Below, piece by piece: positions 28,601 to 41,981 of a stretch of 64,000 nucleotides of DNA. Every line of letters begins with the position of its first letter. Position 1 is the stretch's first letter. Source of the stretch: Owenia fusiformis (lineage: Eukaryota). Where the stretch lies: contig CAIIXF020000001.1 in assembly GCA_903813345.2 (NCBI GenBank), forward strand, positions 5,022,001 to 5,086,000, given 5' to 3'. Both the position numbers and the translations under genes were made by a program. The notes beneath the pieces are model-generated. The model searched no databases. It was not told where the DNA came from and saw only the letters and a program-made list of their open reading frames with translations.

Positions 28601-30047
28601 ATTCGTTCGATTTAAGTTTTTAGGGGATTTTGAAATGTAAATGAAACAATGTACACCTTCGGCATCATTCATTATATACTACAAATATATCTTGATATCA
28701 ATTGTCAAAAAATGAATTTCAAGCGATTTTAGCATCAAACAAATTGGAACAACCGATAACCCACACTACTCACACGCGCAATCACAAATTACTACACACA
28801 GGTATACGTTAGTTTTAGTAAGGCCCCAATGGAAAGCTGGCAACGTTTCTATACATCGCTCTCTATCGCTTGATAAGTGAAGTAAATGAAATAATTTAAA
28901 ACAATATCCATGATCTCATAGGCCTTATTGTGCTGCTCGTCATTCTATTATTTTTGAATAAATATTTCAAAGACAACAAATAGCTTCAGTTAGGACAGCT
29001 CAAATGAAGATAAAGCCAATTTTTCTACTACCATAAGTATGCCATTATGTATATCCTTAACTAGAGAGCATTACATTAACGCATATTAGTAAGTCGTGTT
29101 GGGTTGATTCAGTGCTAAAACCATCGAGGAAGAATCTGGAATGAATACACTGAAAAACCAAACGTACATTTTTCTGATTCGAAAACCAATAACCAATAAG
29201 TCCGAAACAATCACTTCTTTAAATGCCTTTGTATACATGTCCCAGCACGAAAGTGGCGTAATTCATTTTGAAAATTCTGACAAAATAGTTATCTTCCTTT
29301 CTCATCCATGACTGTGTCGATAATTAAAGGTCATTATCGGTAAATTAGCAGAACTTCGGATTTGATAAAAGGGTGTCCAACAGCGTCCATACTGGTTTAG
29401 TCATTTAGTCATAAAGAATGGCGTGTATGATGATCAAATTAGTTTTTTTGGATACTACTTTTCAATGTCAGAATATGGACTATTACTTTTACACCAATGT
29501 TTTCTTTCAGGCGTACGAAATATCTCGCTGGATCCATAAGTGGATCTGGAAATTGACAAAGGACATACATTATTTATCGACACCCCCTTTAGCCCTTTTC
29601 CGAAAATTTTGGGCAGTTTTCTCAAATGGGCCCCTTTTTCCAGGAGAGTCCCATATTTTCAAAACGTGGTACCTAGTTCTGAAAATGAGGTTTTATTTTA
29701 GCCCTAAAATGAAATGAAATGAAATGAATAGTGCCCCAACCCTTGAAAGGGATGGGTGTGTCCTCTAAATAAATGCGTCACAGGTATCAAGATAAACATC
29801 AGTTATCGTAGGGCACACGCTCTCTTATCCTATTGTATTGAGTCAACAGCTTTGCCGCATGTACAAAATGATTTATTGTATTTGTATGATGCTCTAAACA
29901 CAAGTTGAAAGTAAAACAATTACATTAGTGAAAGCATATTGTATAACAGGTCATAAAGGTCGTGTAATAAATACGGCGCATTGGGTCGAGTTCAGCTCAA
30001 TATAATAGTTTCAATGGGTAATAGATCGATTGAATAATTGATCTTAC

Positions 30048-30344
30048 CGTAACCTTTGTTGGAACGTACAATAGCGGCTCCTCCCCCTCAATGCGTGTCA
30101 AACCGGCCCGGGACCCAAGACGGAATCCTTTGCTTTTTACCCAGAACTTAAACTTGGAGTTATCAGTGGATTCCTGGTCCAGTTCCAATATTTTGATTAT
30201 GCGTTTATATTTTTTCCTAGTCACTGTCTTAGTTTTGCCATTTTCACCGTAATTCCGTATTGACCACGCGTGATATGCGTGGAATATATCGTCCCGTGGA
30301 GCAGTCGATAGCATCTCGCAGCCGCTACCAACTTTCGCTGTCAT
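30048..30344 (-). CDS. NOL4: NOL4/NOL4L-family protein, coding exon 1 (MTAKVGS...LYVPTKVT)
   Basis: ORF contains NOL4 N-terminal motifs (YGENGKTKTVTRKKY, DNSKFKFWVKSKGF, LYVP); ends at ACG|gtaag donor, 297 nt, phase 0. Confidence 0.92.
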
Positions 30345-30639
30345 CGTCCCGAATGGATAGCTAAGTGCGATATTCCTTGATTTCTAATATTGACTAAATT
30401 ACAGCTAGTGGTCTTACGGGATAGATATTCAATTTTCCTAACATGGACAGAGGCACTGATCCAGAATCCAGACTGACGTGGGATGGTAGGAGTTGCCGCA
30501 ATAATCTATGCTTGTCTCTATAGACCCGCTGGCCAATACTAATTAGCGTTGCTGAACAAAGGTAGTTGGTATTAGCGTCCAATCAGAGTGGATGCTACCA
30601 GCTGTCCCGAGCACGGAAACAACCACATATTGCACCAAC

Positions 30640-30810
30640 TATCGATCGGTTTCTATGCTGCCTTCACTGTCACGACATGGCAAGATTGGGCCGGAGATTG
30701 CTCGCTTAATTTACTAAGCGCGTGTCAGGCGTGTGTCTCTTATTCGCGTGGCCTGCTCACGACCTCGGACGCAGCGTCAAACAGCGTCCGATTATTTAAA
30801 CGTGAATGAA
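30640..30810 (-). promoter_or_regulatory. Probable NOL4 core promoter / 5' UTR start
   Basis: CpG/GC-rich patch 300-450 bp upstream of the ATG with a TATA-like TTTAAATA on the minus strand at ~30793-30800. Confidence 0.35.
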
Positions 30811-32139
30811 AATTGTTGATATTTACACCTTTTAATCACTGACCAAATCCCTCCATGCTTTTGCTATATTAAAATGGAATGACCTGTCAAAGACTCATGA
30901 GAAAAGTAAAAAACGAAGGAATCACCACAGCCTTTGGGGTGTTGGCTTGGCATACCATGAACATTCCTTTCCTTATTCCACATCAATTGGGAATATATGA
31001 CGATAAGAGATGACGAAGTAATAAATTGATCTGATTTGCTAAAATACATTATTTTAGTATCCCGTCAAGAAAGAAACCAATCTGTAAAAATATGCGATAC
31101 GCGTAATCAGTGTAAACACGTTAAAATAGAATCTCAGGAAACTGATGAACTGCTCTGGGGTGTTTCTTTAGAGCCCAATTGCCACTAATCCTGGGATAGG
31201 TGACTTTCTGTTTGACCTTTGGCCTGGGGCTGAGACACGAGAAGTTCAGGATTGGGACAGGATAGTTGTTTAGTCCATTTAACTAATTTACAAGTCCTAT
31301 GTGAATTAATTACATATACATCTCTGAAATAGACTATACACCGGCTGTCCAGCTCAGGTCAATGTGAGGGGACAGCAGATAGTGTTGGCAGGTGCATCGC
31401 TAACGTTATATAGGGGCTTCATAGTGGCCCAATTACCTATTGTTCTAAACTGACGAGCCATTCAATAGTGACAATTCAGACCATTTTAATGCCCCGCCTT
31501 CGTATTTTCTTCTGACAGACCACAGCAGCGTCCGATATGTAAATGAGGTGGGCAGATGGGGGCCGTTGACTTTGGTTGATAGGCCTCTCAAGATTAAACT
31601 ACAAATCTTGCTGACCTTTGGTCGCCAGATTTACCTGCAATATATCCGAGTAATTACTTGAATAGACAGAATAATAACAAAGCACCCTATCTGGGAACTA
31701 AAACGCCAGCGTTCCCCGATGGGTCATTAGTGAGAGTTCATCATTCAATTTATTAATTAGTGGATAATCGAATTTTTCTTAATGTATTCGTAAAAAAGTT
31801 TGTTCTGAACCGCCAAATAATTCGTCAGAAGGACAAAGAACTGCAACAGAGTTATATAATTATTCTGAACAATGCAATACTGATACTGTATATTTGTATC
31901 TGACCAATCGATACTTGATTACACCGGAGCAAACACTGAATCGTGCAAATATCATGTTTTACAAAGGTCGTTACTTATTACGTAATAGCTGAGAAATAGA
32001 TCGTAATACGTCCAACACCTTCATGAAATACCATATTGACTGAGCATTTGATATTATTAAATCATCGTGAATTGGAGAAGTGAAAATTAAAGACTGGGCA
32101 GTTTTGAGCAATATTGACTGACTCCGGCAGGTGATTCCA

Positions 32140-32234
32140 TAGTCTAGCTACAAGCCTCTGTTACCCCCCCCCCTTCCGCCCTCTACTAAACACCTTATCA
32201 CGCAGCTTATGTGCAAGGTCTTGTAGCTAGACTA
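32140..32234. mobile_element. 95-bp MITE with perfect 15-bp TIR and 9-bp TSD
   Basis: GTGATTCCA|TAGTCTAGCTACAAG...CTTGTAGCTAGACTA|GTGATTTCA. Confidence 0.88.
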
Positions 32235-32729
32235 GTGATTTCACATACGACCTTTAAAGCAATCCCCCAACATATCGCGAAAATAACATGATATATATCA
32301 CAAAAAAGATGTACCGATATTGAGTTTCTGAATTCGCCCATGTCCTCAAAACGTTCATGATATTTTTGGGGTCAAAAGTAATAACACGCTGATTGAGGCA
32401 AAGCATGGGTTATCAAAGGTGAAAGAGTCGACGTATCTCATTGTTAGCACTGCCAAGGTGAAGAAAAGACCTGTCAATGAAACTTCTCAGGTATATGGAA
32501 TACGGAGGTTGCAATTGGAAAATATCAGACTTAACTTAAAAGCCAGACTGTGTACAATCCAGGACAATATAACATTAAACATTTGATCTAAAATCGTGCG
32601 GCTTTATTACTTGCTTTTGTATGTTGACCATATACCAAAATCAACAAAGCATATATATCTGATGAGGCTCCATCCTCCGTCCTTTTTCTTCCCTCTAACC
32701 ATGGACTTTCTGTAAGTCCGCGCATTAAC

Positions 32730-32802
32730 TACCCTTTGCATTCGTTTGACTTCACTTCTTAAAAGAGAACTTCGTCTTCAACTAGACTCTGCGCGCAGGG
32801 TA
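32730..32802. mobile_element. 73-bp mini-element with perfect 9-bp TSD
   Basis: CGCATTAAC|TACCCTTTGC...GCGCAGGGTA|CGCATTAAC; homologous to 9038-9122. Confidence 0.88.
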
Positions 32803-33409
32803 CGCATTAACGAGGACATGCGTGAGATTCAATGCGAGATATACATATACATATATTAAGATTTAATGATGTATTATATTGATTTATAAATTTTTTTTTT
32901 TTAATTTAAAATAGTGCTACTCGTACAACGACTAGACTTTTTATCACTACTTACACAGTATACCATGAAGTTAAAGTTATAGATTAAAACGACTGTTTGC
33001 AATTGTTATTTTCCATAGATTTTCTATTTGTCTAATTAATAAAATATATTTTGAACAATTGATGACAAATATTTTTCAAATAAATAAAGTGTATTTTAGA
33101 CGATTGACGACATTTTACGACTAACTTCTCTACCATAGCTATAATAGGTATGTGCATATTGTTTGGTGCATACTCATGACATGGTCTTTGTAATATTCCT
33201 TGATATCTTGAGCGAAACTTATTGCATCTACTGTCGCTCGAGAAAAGTAAATTAATTTACTGACATCTATAAAAGTCGTACTTATTTATTTTACTCAATA
33301 TAGAATCCAAAGTGATATTAACGAGTTATCAGTGACATCTATTTCTCTGAACAACGTTTTTGGTAAGGTCTTATTTGGAGAAGTGGAAGTCAGACCTATA
33401 CTTGTGACA

Positions 33410-34345
33410 AAAATTGTTTCAATTTTAGAATATTTTGGTTTCATATCATTCCTTGTCATGTTTATTTTCTAAAATTACACAAAGATAGTTATATTTGAGG
33501 AAAACTAAAGATTTTTAAAATAATTACATTCATTTTTCAATTTTATGGTTACCATTTTTGTTATTTGGGAGAATTACCCGGATGTGAGTTACCAGTTTTT
33601 CACCACCAAGTATCTAATTCAGGGCAGATAACATGGCAGGATATTAGAGAGTTCCCTTAAACTTGAATGTTAATCAGTTTTAGTGGTTCAATTTTCATAT
33701 TACCCTTATGTATCTGATAGTTATACAAATTGAAATATACAATTTTCCCCCATTTTGGCACTTTGAATCCTTTAAATAACTTCACCAATTTATAACATAT
33801 CGAGGATCTTTTTGGGGATATCATGTTTGAGATTTTAAGGAATATATTGGTATGTCAACCGTAAATGTTGCTTGCAATACTACCAATGGTTCTGAATCTC
33901 ATTAACTAATCCCAGCAAAGGAGGACGGAAAGTATCGCAACAGATTTCGGACAGTCATACTTTACAAATATTACATAGAGAAAATCAGATCTAGCGAACA
34001 GCCTAACAAAAAATTGTTTCACTTTTAGAATATTCCTGACTTATGTCATTCATTTTCATGTCTATTTTCTAAAAATCCCCAAAGTGCTCACTTTATTTTA
34101 GGAAAACTGAAGATTTACGAAAATATATTATCTTTCTATAAGAATGGTTACGATTCTTATTATTTGGGAGAATTTAAACATTTTTCACCCATTTTTGCAC
34201 TTTGAATCCATCATAACTTCACCAACAATTTATAACATATCGTGAATTTTTTGGGAGATATTGTATTTGAGATTGTAAGGAATAGGTTTGTAGATCAGTT
34301 GTACATGTTGCTTGTAATTTTGTCACCCCCATAGATCTGATTCTG
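33410..34345. repeat. Two adjacent diverged copies of a dispersed repeat (~33410-33880, interrupted at ~33572-33740 by a fragment of the 23124-23553 MITE; and ~34010-34345)
   Basis: Shared blocks AAAATTGTTTCA.TTTTAGAATATT, TTATTTGGGAGAATT, GCACTTTGAATCC, ATTTATAACATATCG. Confidence 0.8.
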
Positions 34346-37300
34346 TAACTACTCAGTTCACGTGTTTTCTATTGTGCCGTTAATCTCTAAACTTTCAATT
34401 AAAGTTAAAATTTGATCTCCCATTATAAATAATGTATATGTTTTTTATTGCAATAACAGCATCGATAGTCATTTCAATTTTATGCAAAGTCCGCAGTTCT
34501 ATTACTTAACAAAGTTGCGTCTTCTCAATACATTTTGTAGGATTATTAGAGCAGCGACCTATCCTCAGTTTGGAAGTCTGAACAGAAAAGGCTCTTTCCC
34601 TGACCAGAACCATGACGATATAAACAATTATATATGTTTAGATTAAAGTGGAAGTCCAAACCAATGTTTCAAACCGTGACATTATGCATCCGGACATAAA
34701 TAAGTAAATAGCAAATTCAACAAGATGCAGAAGGAGTCGTTTACTTACTGTATATGTAAACATATTATGTTTGAATACAAAATATAATTAAAAAATACAA
34801 TTAACATCTCTGTGAGTCTATTTGGTCACGTTAAAACACAAGTAAAATTAAATAAATTTGTATATCCCAGAACAGAACACTGAGACAGAAGGGCTTCAAG
34901 ATGCAGATGTGCGTGCATGATCCTCCAACTGACTATAAAATAAATACTAGAGGATTATTTTTATATATCGAGTCTTGTGATTTCATAATATCCTTCTTAC
35001 TGATATTTATATTCTTTCAAGTCAACTACTTCCACTACGAGGGCAATTATCTGTATATTGGCTTGGGTTTCGTACCCGAGCATTTCCGTTGTTTATGTTG
35101 GTATGGCCAATAAAGTTCGATAAATAGCGGAAGAAAGATCAACGATCGAATTCATTTATTCAGCGCGTTCCTTCTAACAGAGGATGTATTTGTTCTGGTC
35201 TACGGGACAATTATTTCTCGTTCAGATGTGGGTATCACTCATCACAGAGGCACAACATGGCCTGGCTTGTTTTCTCTAAAAACACATCGAAACATCGCCC
35301 ACGTAACTCGAGACAAAAGTCAAAATCTGCACACCAAATGAACATGTTTTGCAGGTCCTTTTGAACCAAAACTTCGAAAAGATAAAATATATACGCGTGG
35401 GACTCTCAGTTGAAATGATGAGGATTCTTAAGAAGCGTCCTATAACGCCTGGTAATCCTATATCAGATGTGATCACAGAAATTGTTTATAGCAACGTATC
35501 ACCCTACCCCCTCGACCAAACCGTCCACTGACAACACGATACTCATGAAATCATAAATCTTATATTACACTGATCATGATGAGAAAAACTACGAGGCAGT
35601 TTTTGAAGATGGTTCATCATTGATACATTGTTCCTGGAACTAACTCAAATATTTATCTTCCACCAAACAAATTGCTTAAACTACCACTCGAGCATCATTC
35701 CTGAGGAATCAAAGATTTTCAACATATTTGATGCTAGATTGAATTTTGCTTACAGTCGTGTTAGGAAACATAATGACTTTTCAATGAGGGAACCGTACGC
35801 TGAACATTTCCGTATGGGCCTTTCAGAATATATGTATTTAAACTCTTGTTTAGAGGTATGTGCTTGTTAAAAAGAAGAGATTTAGAAATGATTGACACGG
35901 TAGCAATGGTGCGTTCACCTGTTCATGGCACAATTGTGGCGTTGTTTAACTCAAACTTTTAAATCTATTTCATGATAAAATTCGCAAACATAGGTTAAAA
36001 CCATGCAAACCAGCTTGTAACTAGTTTGTATCTGAACTAAATAAAGAAAATGAATATTTTGTCATAATAAAATTCAAATTGATGGTATGAATTAAAACAT
36101 TGAAAAGGAAGATCCTCGTTCAATTTCAACGGTCTCCAACTGTCAATATTAAGACAAAAATCTAAATAGACTATGCTAAAAATATATTTTTGAAACATTG
36201 CGTCATATCTCTATGAAATTATCGGAAACATGGAATTTATTTCAGCTAGCTCCAAGAGGTCAATTTGCATCATCTGCCAAACACTTGTATCAATAGCAAA
36301 TCCAGCTGTAAATGACACTCTATATTTCCATTTTGAAACAGTTTTTGGGAATCGCATTACTAAACATTGTGATTCTTGTAGCATTCGATACTGCACTGAA
36401 ATTATCATAAATCTGCGTTGTTCAGAACATTTATGAATCGAAGCACTGGGTTCGCTAATGATGGGATCTGTGAAACAGTGAACAAAACAATATTTTTCTT
36501 GAAAACAACGAACCAATGTGTGATGTTTCAAAATGTAAAAAGACGTTTCAATCGATGCTCTCAAATGGTGATTACATAACATTTAAGAAAAATAAATGCG
36601 CGTCAGTCTCAAATATTTCGTGTAGGAATAAGCTGCTGACACCCGTTGACACTAAGATGGCCATGGTGATAATGACATGAACAAAACGATTCTGACATTG
36701 GGTTTTCCAATATCGTCAGCTCTTCAACCATTTTGAAATACTTGATTTCCTCGATTTTAACTGTTTTAATGAAAATCTTTCAATGATTCAATTGCGTTCG
36801 TAGATCAATCAAAATACTAGTATCAGCTCTGGTGATACAGATTTACCTTAAAAGAGATCTTCAATGGCCCAAGTTAATCAATTACAGAGATAAATTGAAA
36901 CTTGGAAAGTTTAAAAAGAGGAGAAAATGTAGATATTTTCTTAGGCAATATTTTGGGATTATGCATTGACCTTAAATAAATGATAAATCAGAGTCCGTCT
37001 CAGGCATTATATGATTAGGGACCCGTGCAGGCCGTGGTCAAGAATTTAAAATAGCCAAGACATATTTGAGTTAAATGGGAAATGCATGCTATCATAAGCT
37101 AAGTTTACAGTTTTAATTTAAAGATTCTGAATTGGTTGAAATGAGGCGCATCGTGCCAAAACATTTTTACTTCTCCATGCTCTAATGTATTGAATGTAAC
37201 TGTTTGTTCATATAGCTTTATTTTAAAATCACGGTAAAATTATACAAGATTTCATCTTTTCTTTAGAAACGATGAGGAATATGTGAGTAATGTGTATCTT

Positions 37301-37780
37301 TATTTTATGAACGCTTGGATCTACGAAAAGTTTAGGCAGATATTTAGACTGCTTCTGATTGGTTGGTTCTGGCTAAAATAACACCTATGGTCTATGCCTA
37401 ATGACAGGATCCACAGCTGCCCTTCTCGTTATCTCGCCAACGTTCAACAATTTGTTACAGAGCGATTTCTAACTTACTTCTAAACTCAAAGTTTTTAAAC
37501 TTCTATGATAATCTTTATGATAATATATCGATGATTTCTCAACATGTAATGGATTCTTGTGGTTTTTGTCCTGGCGATTAGGAACTGATTTCTAAGTAAG
37601 TTGAAGAAGACATCGACCATCCAGTCGTAGCGCATCAGGTAGATGTAAAAATCAATGAGGCCAATATGAAAACAATGTAAAAGAAAACTACATGTAAACT
37701 AAATAGTGGAACTTTTTCTTCCCATTTTCACAATTACAAAATTGGATTGGATCAACAAGTCGTGGATTCTACGGACAGTC

Positions 37781-38207
37781 ATGAACGCTCCCACACTTCA
37801 CCACTACCAGTCGCCCTTTTCTACGAACTGGCACCAGGCCCCCGGGCTTCAAAGGACATCTATATCATCTCTGTATGGAGGTGGTGGCTTTCCAAGCTAC
37901 CATTCTGTGGCAGACTGGGGATTAAGTCACAATACTTCAACATCAAGTATGAGCACAGGGGGACACAGTAACAATACAGCGGCACATCTACTCTCCAGGG
38001 ACCACCCCGCTTCCGAGTTTCTCGCCACTGCACAATCGCACCCAGTCAGTGCCTCCCATGGACACTTGTCGTCAGTTGACGTAAATGCTGCAACAGTTCT
38101 GGGCTACAACAATCCTCTCGAGTCAATGTTTAACGCACAGTTTAATAAAACAAGCATCCCACTGTCACCAAAATCCACAACAGCCTCGTCAGATTCAAAG
38201 TCAGCAG
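37781..38207 (+). CDS. Mox: Mox/Meox homeobox protein, exon 1 (MNAPTLHHYQ...SSDSKSA)
   Basis: Ser/His-rich ORF; first in-frame ATG at 37781; CAG|gtgag donor in phase 1 fits exon 2. The start codon and the link across a 13.6-kb intron are inferred. Confidence 0.8.
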
Positions 38208-38652
38208 GTGAGCCTATGTTAAAACTCACACCAGAAATATGTTACTATTACACAAAAAGTTGATTAGGCTAGCTAAAAACATTATGACATCGCAAATCCT
38301 GCGGTAAAATGATTGAAAATTAAATACAGATTCATACAAATGTACTAATATACATGGTGTAGAAATCAAAGAACCATGGAATATTAATGCAACAATCATC
38401 CGAGAAAAAAGGCTCTGAATGTCGTTTATATTTCTGCCGTAACTCATTCTGAAAATGCCACTTCGGTCTAAATACTCTAGTTCAAGAATTTCTGAAATTA
38501 ATCTCAATTATGAAGTTATCTGACATTTTATAAACACTTTTTGAGGATAATCGATTTTCTCCTTTACAGATACCACTTTGAAAATGTATTTTCCCGCCAA
38601 TTTCAAAATACGCATTTTTTTTTTAAATGTAAAATGTTTTACAAAAAAATGT

Positions 38653-39627
38653 AAAATATGATTCGAATGAGCATTAATAAGAATTTCCGTGTACAAGAGG
38701 TTCGTTAAATAAAAACAAAATTCAAATTACAAAATTCAAATCACTTTTCTCCGTTTGGGTACGTCGGATATACGAAAGCTATTTATCTTATGTGCTTATT
38801 GCTTTGATTTATAAATCAACACGAGGAGCGATGTGTAGTTGATGAATATAATTTGTTGTAGAATTGGAGTTTGCAATAGTCCTAAAATCAAAACTTTGTT
38901 TAAAAACATCTTTAAACCCGAATTAAAGATATAGCAGTCTGATAAGAATCTTACCCTTTATGTTGTTATAAAATAGCCCTCCATTTATAACAAGCTAAGG
39001 CAGCTGATAATACATCAATTGCAGTTTTTAAGAGTACATTAATATATAAACATCAGTTTGCTTATATACCTAACATCATGAAAAGGGACATGGATTTTCT
39101 GAATTTCCATCCAAATCAGAAATATATTTTTGAAAATATGAAAATATGATTCGAATGAGCATTAATAAGAATTTCCGTGTACAAGAGGTTCGTTAAATAA
39201 AAACAAAATTCAAATTACAAAATTCAAATCACTTTTCTCCGTTTGGGTACGTCGGATATACGAAAGCTATTTATCTTATGTGCTTATTGCTTTGATTTAT
39301 AAATCAACACGAGGAGCGATGTGTAGTTGATGAATATAATTTGTTGTAGAATTGGAGTTTGCAATAGTCCTAAAATCAAAACTTTGTTTAAAAACATCTT
39401 TAAACCCGAATTAAAGATATAGCAGTCTGATAAGAATCTTACCCTTTATGTTGTTATAAAATAGCCCTCCATTTATAACAAGCTAAGGCAGCTGATAATA
39501 CATCAATTGCAGTTTTTAAGAGTACATTAATATATAAACATCAGTTTGCTTATATACCTAACATCATGAAAAGGGACATGGATTTTCTGAATTTCCATCC
39601 AAATCAGAAATATATTTTTGAAAATAT
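38653..39627. repeat. Direct tandem duplication, 488-bp unit x2
   Basis: Sequence from 38653 repeats from 39141 with no differences seen; AAAATATG microhomology at the junction. Confidence 0.95.
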
Positions 39628-41981
39628 ATATCGACGGACCAATGATGTGAATTCCAAGAGTTTATATATCACGGTTGTATATTCCAGTTTTGAACTTTGC
39701 TTCAATTTTAAGTAAATTTAAAAACAGTTCAAACTCAGCAATTATGTTGAGCACTGTTAAGGCGCGTAAACAAAAGTCTTTCAATTAAATAATGTGTCTG
39801 CCTTCATTGATATTCAATATAAAGTGATCTACATTCTAGTTTATTTTTTCCATAGTAAATTAAAAGCAGGATCAAAAATCGTTTTCTCATTACCGGTCAT
39901 ACAAATTCAAACATAAACATGCGGATAGTTATCCATTGGGGATATAAGGTTGCTAATCTTTTGGAGGGTAGTTTAGATTATGGAGTGATCCAACCCAACC
40001 GTAACGATGGCGAATTATAAGCCGCAAAAAAGCGCGTGATTTACAGATTGGAGTCATTGATGCCTGACGAACTAGGTGGTAATGGAGAGGCTCTATTTTC
40101 TTTAGCGTAATTGGCCGAGGTACAAGGGACCATGTGATATGTGAACGGGGAAACGAGAGAATCGACATATTGTGTAAACTCTCGGGCTCTACTTAATTAG
40201 TGTATGTAGAACTTTACCAGTCATACACATCCCGATATATCGTTTTACTTTCAAAATAACGATAATGATACATAGAACGAGAATGAAAACAGTACCCCAG
40301 TCCCCCACGACGCTGTGAAAGTTTCATGCAACTTTCTCCGGGCTATTTTTGCAAATAATTGGCCTACTAAGGTGTTTCCTGAAGTAAAACAAATATGTTG
40401 CATAAACCTCCCGGTGTGGTCAAAAAAAGATCAGGGATATCTGATGATGGGCACCACTGTGAGCCTTTCGGGACAGCACACGCCAGATGTGGGGAAATCA
40501 TTTTGATTGCATCCCGTTAATAGTGTCATTAATGTCATCATTAATTTGAATATCGAAATGGGATTATCATAATTCTAAACAATCACATGTTAAGTTTTAT
40601 TTCAAAGTTTAAGAAGCTTCCATATAGATTTACTTTTTAGTTTTACCATACCTAGATCTGCATGTAGATGGATGCATTTAGAACAAATTATTTGGGGGTG
40701 TGACCTGATTATCTCAAATGGCTCTATCTACACGCTAACTAATCTTGAAACGGTCGAAGAACAACCCAAACAGTGTCTGCGACGACAGAGGTACATTTAC
40801 GGGTAAGATAACCAGGAAATATGTGTCCCATAATGCTAGTAACTCACTCAAAACATTCCACGCAAGTACAGACCACAAGAGCTGTTGAAACCTGACCAGA
40901 TTTATAGCCGAAAAAGTATAAGATATGATTGCAAAATATGCCCTACAATCTCTAAACTCTGACAATCAGGCAGTGAGCCACTGGGTGAAAAAGACCAATA
41001 TTTGTTTTCTGCGCAGGTTTTCTGCGCATCTTCTTTCGGCTGAAATATTTAGGCTATTTTCATCCCGAAATACTCTCCAACTATCAAAGTACTCGTAACC
41101 TACGTCTGGCGAACTTATTGAAGAACATTTTAAGACCGAATTCGTGGAAATTGATCAATTATATCGAGTATAACTTGCCGATTGAATTTTTTTTCGAAAA
41201 ATTGATCTTCCCTTTTTCGTAGATTTTGACTAAACGCCGACTCTGCCCCGATTTTATTTTTTAACTAAACGATTGCCATTAATGTCATGTTTCCAAATAA
41301 CGTAAAACCACAAGTGAGCCTTGAGTGGCCCGATGAAGATACACTTTTTCTTTTTCAGTTTTGTAGATTTATCGAAAAAAACAAGATGGCGGCCGAAATA
41401 ATTTTTCGAAAAGTCCAATTCAGAATATATTTTCTTTGATACTAACATAAACAGAGTCGTATTCAATTTTTCGAGGTTATAATTACTAAATATAATGTTT
41501 ATAACTTCTATTCCAGCACCAGACGAATGCCTAGGTTCGTGAATCGTGTAAAAATCGTCCATGATTGATTATTTCAATTTTTCAAGAATTTTTTTAGAAT
41601 GTTTTTGTCATTATCCGCTTCGTACATGTCATACCATCAAAAGACTAAAATTGTCAAATGATATATTGTTATTCTTCAATTAGTGTTTTGAAAACGGTTA
41701 TCGTACACTATAAAAAAGTTCTATATGTAGAGTTTTCAGGTGAACCATGGGTTCCAGATGGTGGTAGTCCATGGGTGAACAGAAAGTAGAAAAGTCAAAA
41801 CTGACTGGGAGTCATGTACACCACAGAGTGGGTAAAGGCTAGAGACCAAGAACTGAACCAAATAATAACGACAAAACAATCGATTTGGACACCAAGGGCT
41901 ACTCTTTCCATCAAAAAGTTAATGTTTTCTTGACATAGACATGTAGCACTGGGGCTAGTGCAGTAGTGTGAAGACTAAACT

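Noticed and set aside
30394-30444. 16-codon upstream ORF (MLGKLNIYPVRPLAVI) before the NOL4 ATG
   Set aside because: The transcription start and UTR splicing are unknown, and short uORFs arise by chance
35020-35160. Translation resembling a GIY-YIG start (AIICILAW...VYVG)
   Set aside because: Too degenerate, has stops, and no reverse-transcriptase remnant is recognisable nearby
39900-40550. CpG-richer block with E-boxes (CATGTG, CAGATG) in Mox intron 1, a possible Twist-type mesodermal enhancer
   Set aside because: Six-base motifs at this density are expected by chance; needs conservation or chromatin data
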